DNA of 32,000 nucleotides, from NCBI GenBank assembly GCA_003345555.1, contig PRDJ01000057.1, forward strand, positions 60,001 through 92,000, given 5' to 3'. The notes under the pieces were generated by a model. It had not been told where the DNA came from. It was given only the letters and a program-made list of their open reading frames with translations, and made no database searches. A program made the translations under genes and the position numbers. The stretch comes from Candidatus Thorarchaeota archaeon. GTDB taxonomy: Archaea > Asgardarchaeota > Thorarchaeia > Thorarchaeales > Thorarchaeaceae. Positions 9,110 through 16,795 of the stretch are shown piece by piece. Each line of letters begins with the position of its first letter. The stretch's first letter is position 1.

Positions 9110-10438
9110 TTAGGGGAAATGCCACCTTTCCACGAGACTCGTTGGCATGCCTGAGTTCGTCTTGTTAATTCGTGCTATGGGTCTGGTTAGGTGTCTCTGG
9201 GCTCCCAAGGGCGGCAAGTAAAGGCCTCTTTCAAGGGTTCTGTCAATTGAGATTTCGTTCTTCCCTGCGTCCCGAGTTCTGAACCCACACGCATCACATT
9301 TGAAGCCCTTTCCACTACCCGCGCTTTTCATTCTCTTTCCGCATTGTGGGCATATCGGGTTCATGACGGCAACTTGTTCAGACAGTGTAATCACTTCAAC
9401 ACCCTCAACATTCAGAGTCAGACCGTGACTGCTTGATGAAGGTCGCACACCGGAATGAAGACATACTTCGTCGCCCACAGTGAGCAGCAGTGCCTTCTCC
9501 CTCAAATCCCGTGTGGGTTCATAGACCGCGCAGTCAATTCTGCCAGAGCCATCCGAAATCGAAAACATGACGTGTCCTCCTTCAATCATCGTAGGTGTTG
9601 ATGCGACTTCTCCTTGAACGAGCGCAGCCATGTATGGTCTCAGATCGCAGACTCGCACTATGTGTGTCAGATGTTCGCCAGTCCCTTGATTCGTCCTAAA
9701 GACAGTCCATCTCTCTCTGGCTTCGGAACTGCGGACATAGGATGCAGCCTCTATTACATACTCGGGCTTTTCACCCCGAATGCCGTATATGACGGGGTCG
9801 GGTCCACGAGGTCCTATAAGTATCTCACCCGACGATGGGTCCATGTTGGAGAACACACGGTCTCCCATGATTCTGTCCATCTCAATAACCGAATCGTGGT
9901 CGACTCCCCTTGTTCGTGAACGAGTACTGATTGGCCTGTAGGCAAGATACTCGTAAGTGTGGTCATTGGCAAGCCGATTTCCGATTGCAGACAATGCACC
10001 GATGAGACCACGTCCATTACCCATAATGAAGTGCTTCAGCAAGAGTCTGTCGACTATTCTCTGAGCCGCAGCGATGGGGAGCGCTCTCCATAGTGCGAGC
10101 TTTGCCAGTTCCGTAACCTGTTCGGGTATATCGTTGATCACCATAACAAATCCTGGGTTTGTGTTTGGGTAGCCTCTCTCAGTATATCCCTCGACCATTC
10201 TTCTTGCTTCTGAGAAGAGCTCCGACATTCTCTTGGCCTCGATACAGAATCGCAGGGCAACCGCCCCATTACCGCGTGTCCGGTAGGGGATGTTTGGATT
10301 CAAGCGGACCAAGTTTGGATAATCGAGCCACTTGACATGCCATCCATCGAGTCGCTCAACAAGAGTGCTCGCAAAATGTGTCGTGCAGCCACCGCTTGGG
10401 CTGTCTATGTCATCCATTCCTAGGTGCACAATCGTCAA
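9110..10438 (-). CDS. tiaS: tRNA(Ile2) agmatinylcytidine synthetase TiaS
   Basis: Minus strand although the track says +: cat at 10460-10462, tta stop at 9110-9112. Motifs GMDDIDSPSGGCTTH, LVRLNPNIPYRTRGNGAVAL, GRGLIGAL, TNQGT, EGGHV, an OB fold and a C-terminal CPQC..CDAC Zn ribbon. TTG 10438 is preferred as start because it overlaps the upstream TGA (TTGA) and gives the family N-terminus. Confidence 0.93.
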   Translation of the reverse strand: MTIVHLGMDDIDSPSGGCTTHFASTLVERLDGWHVKWLDYPNLVRLNPNIPYRTRGNGAVALRFCIEAKRMSELFSEARRMVEGYTERGYPNTNPGFVMVINDIPEQVTELAKLALWRALPIAAAQRIVDRLLLKHFIMGNGRGLIGALSAIGNRLANDHTYEYLAYRPISTRSRTRGVDHDSVIEMDRIMGDRVFSNMDPSSGEILIGPRGPDPVIYGIRGEKPEYVIEAASYVRSSEARERWTVFRTNQGTGEHLTHIVRVCDLRPYMAALVQGEVASTPTMIEGGHVMFSISDGSGRIDCAVYEPTRDLREKALLLTVGDEVCLHSGVRPSSSSHGLTLNVEGVEVITLSEQVAVMNPICPQCGKRMKSAGSGKGFKCDACGFRTRDAGKNEISIDRTLERGLYLPPLGAQRHLTRPIARINKTNSGMPTSLVERWHFP

Positions 10439-10722
10439 ACTTTCTCGTCTCCAGGTTTGCATCTGTCACAGAAGGTGGCCTCTCCAATTCTAACTCCATG
10501 GTCCTCACACACTAGTCTCCCGCATGTATTGCAGGCTCTGGACGAGAGATTCTTCTTGCATATCTGACATCTAGCTTCGAGGCAAACAAGGCATAGGCTC
10601 TCATTTGCAGACATACAGTCGGGACAGACAGAAGCTCCGCACATGGGACATCTCTGCAGTCTGACTCTCACCGAACCACATATCTCGCATGACTGGCCGG
10701 GCACAAAGAACACGGATAACAT
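10435..10722 (-). CDS. Small protein with a tandemly duplicated cross-brace Zn-finger (8 CxxC/H knuckles)
   Basis: CEIC-x9-CPMC-x4-CPDC-x7-CLVC followed by CQIC-x8-CNTC-x4-CEDH-x9-CDRC. ATG 10722 or GTG 10704. The stop overlaps the tiaS start. Confidence 0.8.
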   Translation of the reverse strand: MLSVFFVPGQSCEICGSVRVRLQRCPMCGASVCPDCMSANESLCLVCLEARCQICKKNLSSRACNTCGRLVCEDHGVRIGEATFCDRCKPGDEKV

Positions 10723-10779
10723 CCTCGACTTTGCCAAGCATGGGAACGTTGAAATCCGTTTCGAAGTGAGTGTCTCTTG

Positions 10780-11370
10780 ATGGTTTCCATTCAAGGTACG
10801 GGTCCGCTCAAGGTGGTGATATTTCATGCGGACCAGTGTGATCCGAAGAAGTGCACCGGAATTCGGCTTGGGCAGATGAAACGCGCTATCTTGGTGCGTG
10901 ACTTAAGGAAGATACCGGAGAGGGCTGTTGTGCTAAATCCCGTATCTGAAGTAGCACTCTCTCCGTCGGACAGAGAGACTGTGCGACGAGCAGGCATCGT
11001 TGCATTGGACTGCTCATGGAATCAAGCCGAGGAGATATTCAGCGAAGCGAAATCAGGCGTTCAGAGGGCATTGCCTTACCTGCTGGCCGCCAACCCCGTC
11101 AATACCTACAAACCAATACGTTTGTCGACGGCAGAGGCAATAGGAGCCGCCCTGTACATACTCGGATTCAAAGAGGCTGCTCGTGATATCATGTCTGTCT
11201 TCAGATGGGGCCCTACTTTCATAACGCTGAACCGTGAATGGCTCGATGCCTATGCTGAGTGCGTAACGAGCACAGAGGTTGTCACCGTGCAACAAGAGAT
11301 AATGGCCGCCCACACGAAAGCCCAATCTGATGAAAGGGACAATTCCGATGGTCAAGACCCCGTTCTTTGA
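10780..11370 (+). CDS. tsr3: 16S/18S rRNA aminocarboxypropyltransferase Tsr3 (DUF367)
   Basis: HADQCDPKKCTG, LSPSD, LDCSWN, RALPYLLAANPVN, LSTAEAIGAAL, FRWGPTFITLN. Confidence 0.94.
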   Translation: MVSIQGTGPLKVVIFHADQCDPKKCTGIRLGQMKRAILVRDLRKIPERAVVLNPVSEVALSPSDRETVRRAGIVALDCSWNQAEEIFSEAKSGVQRALPYLLAANPVNTYKPIRLSTAEAIGAALYILGFKEAARDIMSVFRWGPTFITLNREWLDAYAECVTSTEVVTVQQEIMAAHTKAQSDERDNSDGQDPVL

Positions 11371-11384
11371 CACGGGAATGTAAG

Positions 11385-11740
11385 TGGCCTTGGTTCGAAG
11401 AGTAGCCCCAATTCTGTTTCGTCCATCGCTGTTGCCAAAGATGAACCTCGCGACATCAGACTAAGCCTCCTACCCTACGCCTCGGGTCGACACGTCATGG
11501 GCGTATTCTTGGAGTTGCTATCCAGTGTTGGGCCGTTTCAACTGTTCCAGTCAGATCCTCAGCGCATTGAACGTCTGCGCATCATAGTCTTATCCTGGCC
11601 GGATGTGCCGTTTCTGTTCCCAGAGCGAGACTCTCGCCTCCCTGTTCACACAGGACCGGCATCGACACATAGTTGGGAGCTTCCTCAGTTCCAGCTCCAG
11701 GGGAGCTGGTTCCGTTAGTCGCTCTTTCGCTCCAAGGCCA
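11385..11740 (-). ncRNA. rnpB: RNase P RNA (archaeal, ~356 nt, type-A-like with P8)
   Basis: Minus strand. Terminal P1 UGGCCUUGG/CCAAGGCCA. CR-I GAGGAAGCUCCCAA pairs with CR-V AACAGAAUUGGGGCU to form P4 with the bulged U. CR-II ACAGAAA and CR-III UGAAAC present. P3 CCAGCUCC/GGAGCUGG, P8 CCUGU/ACAGG, P9 GCGAG/CUCGC. AUGAUG...CUGA K-turn in P12. Confidence 0.93.
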
Positions 11741-11833
11741 ATTATGACTCTGAAAGGAAAGGAAATGAACTTCTCGGTTGTCAGCCCTAAGGCCGCCGAC
11801 ATGCCTTATGTCTTTATGCGCATTCTCTACAGC

Positions 11834-12844
11834 CTATTCTTGTGTCGTTCGTTTCTTCCACATCTGCGGATATCGTCCTCGTTCCATCAACACTCTTTCC
11901 ACCGACGCTACAATGCCACTACCTGCTTTCGCAATTCTATCCGTGGTCTCTGAGCTCTTGGCTATGGCGACGGCCTCACCCTTAAGCGTCTTGACTGCCA
12001 CCAAGTCGCCTTTCTTGATTCCTGTATGGAGGCTCACGACACCACTCGCCGCCAAGCTGGCTCCATGGCAGATGGCATCAACTGCACTATCACGAATCGT
12101 GATGACTGGAAGGTGGCTCAGAGCAAACTCCGTCGGCAGCAAGTACTTGCGGAGTTCTGTCTCGTCACCATCGCTGGTCCAGAAGTGGTAAGCATCTTTC
12201 AAGTCGTAAAGCGAGCACATGTGTTCGTCTTCCTTGAACGGACCAACACGTGTACGGCGGAGTTCCGCCATACTGGCCCCAGTCCCCAATGCCTCGCCTA
12301 AGTCAAAACATAGCTTTCTGACGTATGTTCCGGCCTGACAGCCAACGTGGAAGAGAACAAGCCGACCGGCGATCTCAATCACGTCTATGTAGTATATCTC
12401 TCGAACTCGTAAAGCTCTCTTCACCGATGACTTTAGTGGGGGTTTCTGGTAGATCTTTCCAACGAACTGCAGGATAACTTCGCGTAGTGTTTCCTCATCG
12501 ACCGAACCATGAAGCTCCATTACGCAGACATACTCTTTGCCTGCTGGAAGTAAGGCCTGCATGGCCTTTGTTGCATTGCCAATTCCGACGGGCAGTATTC
12601 CTGTGACTGCAGGATCGAGAGTACCTCCATGGCCAACCCTTTCACAGCCAAGCATGGAACGAACCCAGCTAGCCACTTCGTGGCTCGTGGGACCTGCTGG
12701 CTTGTCGAGGCAAATCACGCCGTTCTCCAGAAGGTATTTTATTGGAAGTGACTCAAGCGATGAAAAGCCGAACGATTGATTAGTTGTGTCGTTTGCTCTC
12801 ACAACAAGCTCACGCGGCTCGTCTGCAGGCAGCATTCTTGACAT
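11834..12844 (-). CDS. cbf5: H/ACA RNA-guided pseudouridine synthase Cbf5 (TruB family)
   Basis: LDKPAGPTSHEV, GHGGTLDPAVTG, IYQKPPLKSSVKR, GTYVRKLC, ELRRTRVGPF, and a PUA domain. GAGGT SD. Confidence 0.97.
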   Translation of the reverse strand: MSRMLPADEPRELVVRANDTTNQSFGFSSLESLPIKYLLENGVICLDKPAGPTSHEVASWVRSMLGCERVGHGGTLDPAVTGILPVGIGNATKAMQALLPAGKEYVCVMELHGSVDEETLREVILQFVGKIYQKPPLKSSVKRALRVREIYYIDVIEIAGRLVLFHVGCQAGTYVRKLCFDLGEALGTGASMAELRRTRVGPFKEDEHMCSLYDLKDAYHFWTSDGDETELRKYLLPTEFALSHLPVITIRDSAVDAICHGASLAASGVVSLHTGIKKGDLVAVKTLKGEAVAIAKSSETTDRIAKAGSGIVASVERVLMERGRYPQMWKKRTTQE

Positions 12845-13026
12845 GCGAGCTTACCTCGTGACTGCTGGCTTCTTGTACGCGAGTCTGTAATGCATTGATG
12901 TCAGTTCCAAGCGTCGTCTTTGCTCTCTCGAGCCTTTCTGTGTTTTGGAGCAGCTCCCGAATCGGGATTGTCGACCTGGATTCGATGTGAACGGCGACTA
13001 GTAGATTAACGTGATTCTCGTGTGAC

Positions 13027-13308
13027 CTACTGAGGCAGTCTGACTTTGCTTCGGAACTTTTCTAGGAGGCCAGCATCTGTGATCGCCTTCTCGACAGTCT
13101 CGTCATCGGCATCTTCCGCAATCTCAAGCTGCGTCTCAAGCGGTTCGAGGTGCTTGATATTGCAGGGCCGTCTGCGGACCCCGCTAATCTTCTTCGGCCC
13201 GGTCACTACAACCATATTCTCGTCTTTGGAGGCCACGATTACACAGTAGCTACCGGTCTCGCGACCCATGGTCTTGACACAAACACGTCCAGTTTCGTAT
13301 ATCTTCAT
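13027..13308 (-). CDS. rpl14e: 50S ribosomal protein eL14
   Basis: ETGRVCVKTMGRETG, VTGPK..SGVRRRPCNIKHLEP. GGTGA SD. Confidence 0.96.
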   Translation of the reverse strand: MKIYETGRVCVKTMGRETGSYCVIVASKDENMVVVTGPKKISGVRRRPCNIKHLEPLETQLEIAEDADDETVEKAITDAGLLEKFRSKVRLPQ

Positions 13309-13432
13309 TGTACATCACCTTGGTGTTTCCTCGGTCATACGAGACCCCGGAGTCGCCTCCGGTCTCATCCCTTTGGAACGACTGGAGATTGAGGTATCCG
13401 ATTCAGCTGACAATATCAGTCTTACGCTACAA

Positions 13433-13984
13433 TCATGCGGATGCTCTTTCGGACACGAAATATGCCCTGATGGCACCAACCACCACAACAATCACGCCCT
13501 CGAGGTCGTACTTGCCAGTGTTCAAGACCAAGTCGTAAACAGACTGGTCTTCGATTTTAATGCCATAGAGCTTGTGATACCTCGCTCTCTCACTCTTCTC
13601 TCGTGTAGTCGTCTGACTCTTTGCCTGCTCGAAGCCGATCCCATCGCGGTCAGAGATTCGTCGGTGCCGTATGTCGGGCGGTGCCGTCAACAGAACTCGG
13701 AAGTCCGCCGCGTCACCCGCCATCCAAGCAGCCAACTGACCATCAAGAACCACATCGCCTTTCTCGGCTTCCTGCTTCAGACGGTCGTCCAAGATTCGGT
13801 CAATACTGGCGTCATGCTCGGCGACCCTGCTGAACTGTTCGAGAGTTAGGCCTCTCTCTTTGGCAAGAGATCGAAAAAGTGAGCCAACGGATACAATCCT
13901 TAGACCGAATTCTTCGGCAATTCTGTTGGCAACGGAAGTCTTGCCTGTTCCGTGAAGCCCGCTGATTGTTATGACGCGTTTCAT
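13433..13984 (-). CDS. cmk: Cytidylate kinase
   Basis: ITISGLHGTGKT P-loop, VLDGQLAAW, SERARY..LYGI...D.SVYDLVLNT. ATG 13984 is 1 nt after the rpl34e stop. Confidence 0.93.
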   Translation of the reverse strand: MKRVITISGLHGTGKTSVANRIAEEFGLRIVSVGSLFRSLAKERGLTLEQFSRVAEHDASIDRILDDRLKQEAEKGDVVLDGQLAAWMAGDAADFRVLLTAPPDIRHRRISDRDGIGFEQAKSQTTTREKSERARYHKLYGIKIEDQSVYDLVLNTGKYDLEGVIVVVVGAIRAYFVSERASA

Positions 13985-13985
13985 G

Positions 13986-14252
13986 TTATTGTCCACGCAA
14001 GGACCTTATAGTGCCTCGTCTGACGGCCCTTGAAGTGGCGACGCCGCCATATGGGCGGTTCGGTCTCTTGGAAGAATGGCTTGCCGTGCGACTCAAACCA
14101 TGCTTAGCTTCTCTTGGAAGTTCCATCTTTGAGTCACAGAGAGTACAGGTGCCTCCCGGCGAGTACATCTTCCTCCTATGGACCACTGTCCTGCCGCCCG
14201 GAGTTCTCACCATGCGGTTTGATCTGTTTCTGGTGAGTTCGCCATGTCGCAT
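13986..14252 (-). CDS. rpl34e: 50S ribosomal protein eL34
   Basis: VRTPGGRTVVH, CTLC, KRPNRPYGG, in the conserved position before cmk. Confidence 0.9.
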   Translation of the reverse strand: MRHGELTRNRSNRMVRTPGGRTVVHRRKMYSPGGTCTLCDSKMELPREAKHGLSRTASHSSKRPNRPYGGVATSRAVRRGTIRSLRGQ

Positions 14253-14305
14253 ATTGCCTCATCAATCCTTTTGTCCGTGGTTCTCAGGAAACCCGCTCTT
14301 GTGTC

Positions 14306-14313
14306 CTTTTAAG
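14306..14313 (-). promoter_or_regulatory. TATA box for rpl34e-cmk-rpl14e
   Basis: CTTAAAAG on the minus strand about 55-60 nt upstream of the rpl34e ATG. Confidence 0.55.
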
Positions 14314-14428
14314 TGAAGCGGTGAGTCATGAATGGCCATCTTCGGATTGTTGAGTCTCCAGACGATTACAGACACTTGATTGTGAGCTGTCCAATTCGCG
14401 CTGCCAAGTCGATTATTCTGGGCTAGTG

Positions 14429-14986
14429 TCAACATCTCGTTCCTGAGAGTAACCGGCGAATTAGCAGGCGAGCCCCTTCTTTGTCTGATCGAACGTAGGT
14501 TAGCGTGAGGCCAAGCCTTCCGGAGACTGCTCCGAGGACGGCCTTAGCAGATGAAGACCATCTCGACGCATCAATCTCGCAGGGGACAGGAAGTTCTCTG
14601 AGCATCCTTTCGAATGAAGATGCGTGGTCTGAAGTAAGGCAATGGGCTACCTTCTGCACTATGAAAGATTTGTCGTCGGGGTCAGACTGGCAGTACAATG
14701 CAATCAACCTCTCAAGTGCTGCGACTGTCTTCATTTCGGCGAGAGCATTCACTGCAACTTGCCATTCATCCGCATCGGTTGAGCCCAAGAGGATTTCGCA
14801 TAGGTCGAGGACAGCAGGGGTTTTCTTCCGGGCAAGCTCGGTGATGGCAGGTTCGCGCAGAAACAAGTGAACGGTTCTGTCCGTTGCGCGTTGCCATAGC
14901 CGCGTGTTACGGTGGTCCGCAGCAGATGAGTGTTCCCGAGTGTCGACCTCTTGACCTTCAACGACTTCCAGCCGTGGTCTCCTCAT
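14429..14986 (-). CDS. Hypothetical protein with HEAT/PBS-lyase-like helical repeats
   Basis: EPAITELARKKTPAVLDLCEILL...EWQVAVNALAEMKTVAALERLIALY resembles HEAT repeats. TATA-like CTTAAATAA (15007-15015) lies 21-29 nt upstream of the ATG, consistent with a leaderless mRNA. Confidence 0.6.
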   Translation of the reverse strand: MRRPRLEVVEGQEVDTREHSSAADHRNTRLWQRATDRTVHLFLREPAITELARKKTPAVLDLCEILLGSTDADEWQVAVNALAEMKTVAALERLIALYCQSDPDDKSFIVQKVAHCLTSDHASSFERMLRELPVPCEIDASRWSSSAKAVLGAVSGRLGLTLTYVRSDKEGARLLIRRLLSGTRC

Positions 14987-15122
14987 GCAGTCTGGTTTCG
15001 CTTAAGTTATTTAAGGTCGCCATCGCTGATTTGAGACCTTCCCTCTGAGGCGGCGGCGCCCCGAAAGCTTTTTTTCACAGCTGGGGAAGGTTAGGCTTAC
15101 TCTCTTGAAAGGAGGTGAAACG

Positions 15123-15287
15123 TTGCCGAAGAAAGAGAAGCATGGCAAGGCTATAGGCAAGGCCGGAAAAGGTGCTGAAAGGGGTCTGCACAAAGGGTGG
15201 GATGTAGCCAAGGGTACTGCCCATGATGTTGGCAAGCGTATAGAAGAGCACGGCGAAAAGCCTGAAGAGGAGGAGAAAGAGGACTAG
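15123..15287 (+). CDS. 54-aa hydrophilic protein with three 11-residue amphipathic repeats and an acidic tail
   Basis: Perfect SD AAAGGAGGTGA directly before TTG 15123. Sequence MPKKEKHGKAIGKAGKGAERGLHKGWDVAKGTAHDVGKRIEEHGEKPEEEEKED. A hairpin/U-tract follows. Confidence 0.75.
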   Translation: MPKKEKHGKAIGKAGKGAERGLHKGWDVAKGTAHDVGKRIEEHGEKPEEEEKED

Positions 15288-15354
15288 GCCCTGCGAAGCC
15301 CAGACAACGATTCAACCCCTCATCTCAAAGCTGCGCCTTTTTGTTGATTTCTTC

Positions 15355-15392
15355 GAGGGAGCGTTTGCCTCCCTCCTTTCTCATTTTTCTCA
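15355..15392 (+). terminator. Hairpin plus pyrimidine tract downstream of the 54-aa gene
   Basis: GAGGGAG-cgtttgc-CTCCCTC followed by ctttctcatttttctc. Confidence 0.5.
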
Positions 15393-15507
15393 GTTGTTTC
15401 TTGCGGACGGTTTCATTGCTGCGTGTGGTGGAGGATTTCGGCTCGGCAGCGAAAGACACTGGTTTGACTTTCGTTACTTAAGGCTGCCATCGTTGATTTT
15501 GCTGATC

Positions 15508-16053
15508 TCATGTCATGCTGACGCCCATAGCGCGTTGAAGGATTTGCCCCAGTCCAAAGCCAACAAGCATGTAGAACCAAACATAATATAGACCGAATCC
15601 TCCCGCGGTAGGATAGCCTATGAGTCCAACCGCCCACGGCATAAGCTTGTGAAAATTAAACGGAATAACTGCGACTATCTGCTGTACGCCGCCGACTGAA
15701 AAGAACCCTGAGAGTAAGTAGAATATCATCATGAACGGGATGAAGAACATCAGAAGCGGTTTGCACCTTGCGCCCAGCATCTCCTTCTGAATTCTATCGA
15801 TGTAGGCCTTTCTTCTTCTTATCTTTCGAGCCAGTTTCTCGTCCTGACTCTTCTTTGCCTGCTTCACCATGTCTTGGTACTGCTTAATCTCCGTTTGATA
15901 TCTCTTCAACCGACGCACATCTGTGAAGCGTTTCATAGCCAGATTGCTGGTTAGGGTCACACCCATAGAGACGAGAGTAATCAAAACGCCCGAAAGCGGT
16001 GGTGTACGGAAGATCTCAAACCAAGATAAGAGAGCTGCGAACAGGTCCTGCAT
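15508..16053 (-). CDS. DUF106 / EMC3-TMCO1 (Oxa1-superfamily) membrane insertase
   Basis: TM helix, then a cytoplasmic coiled coil (RLKRYQTEIKQYQ...KPLLMFFIP), then TM helices with WFYMLVGF. Canonical position after secY-adk. Confidence 0.9.
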   Translation of the reverse strand: MQDLFAALLSWFEIFRTPPLSGVLITLVSMGVTLTSNLAMKRFTDVRRLKRYQTEIKQYQDMVKQAKKSQDEKLARKIRRRKAYIDRIQKEMLGARCKPLLMFFIPFMMIFYLLSGFFSVGGVQQIVAVIPFNFHKLMPWAVGLIGYPTAGGFGLYYVWFYMLVGFGLGQILQRAMGVSMT

Positions 16054-16059
16054 TCTCGT

Positions 16060-16650
16060 CTACTCCATTAGTGTTTGATATAGCTCGGTCGCAGCCGCCT
16101 CGACTTCTCCCTGACGATTGTTGATTATCCTCACCGTTGCTCCAGTGATCGTCCCTGCGGCGACAGCAGCGGCTCTGCACATCTGTTGATGGATCTCTAT
16201 CACCGCAACATCTTGGCTGTCACGTGCACGAGTGGGGTCCTCGCTCCTTCGCGCAGCAATCTTATCGGGTGCTGCTTCGACCAAGACTATGGTCTTTGGT
16301 CCAAGTGCAGTCACTACCCACTCAGGCAGCCCAATCAAGTAACCGTTGTTCGTTTGGATGAGCGTATGTGTGTCAACAATGATACGCGCTGACTTGGCCT
16401 TCTGAGCTATGCTCTGACCTGCCAGCTTCTGGATTTCGCGCTGCGTCTTTGTTGCCAGCTTTCTCATCTCGTCTCTGTCTTTCACCAAGCCCTTCTTGGA
16501 CGCGACTTCGAACATGGCTGTCCCAAAGTTCAGCACAAGGACTTCCTCTCCGTGCTTCTGCTTGACCATATCTACAGCTGTTGTGATTACGGTCGTCTTG
16601 CCGACACCTGGGATTCCTGTGACTATGACAAGGTTCTTTCCTTCGGGCAC
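16060..16650 (-). CDS. adk: Adenylate kinase (archaeal type)
   Basis: VTGIPGVGKTT, NFGTAM, RDEMRKL, VDTH, GYLIGLP, RRSEDPTRARD. Confidence 0.96.
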   Translation of the reverse strand: MPEGKNLVIVTGIPGVGKTTVITTAVDMVKQKHGEEVLVLNFGTAMFEVASKKGLVKDRDEMRKLATKTQREIQKLAGQSIAQKAKSARIIVDTHTLIQTNNGYLIGLPEWVVTALGPKTIVLVEAAPDKIAARRSEDPTRARDSQDVAVIEIHQQMCRAAAVAAGTITGATVRIINNRQGEVEAAATELYQTLME

Positions 16651-16795
16651 AAATATCAGACATCCAGCAATCGAGCTGTTCCGGGGGTTTTAGCGTCCCC
16701 GTTATATGTCCTTCTGTAAGAGGTAATGGAGAACGGCCTGTCAAGAACCCGTGTACGGACCAGGATGCCGAGTTGTGAGGCTACAAGTAGGTCGA

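Noticed and set aside
9110-10462. ORF-track strand label '+' and start 10462 for the 450-aa TiaS
   Set aside because: The protein is on the minus strand. TTG 10438 fits the family N-terminus and the TTGA coupling better.
11497-11953. Short ORFs of 70-116 aa between tsr3 and cbf5
   Set aside because: They overlap the RNase P RNA structure and lack protein motifs.
11834-13026. Possible cbf5 pre-mRNA intron or split cbf5, as in some Crenarchaeota
   Set aside because: The ORF is continuous, with a complete N-terminus and its own SD. No interruption is seen.
14328-14426. 32-aa plus-strand sORF (MNGHLRIVESPDDYRHLIVSCPIRAAKSIILG) with a GGTGA SD-like sequence
   Set aside because: The only TATA-like element is about 15 nt upstream, too close to include the SD in a transcript, and is better explained as the rpl34e promoter. 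No recognisable motif.
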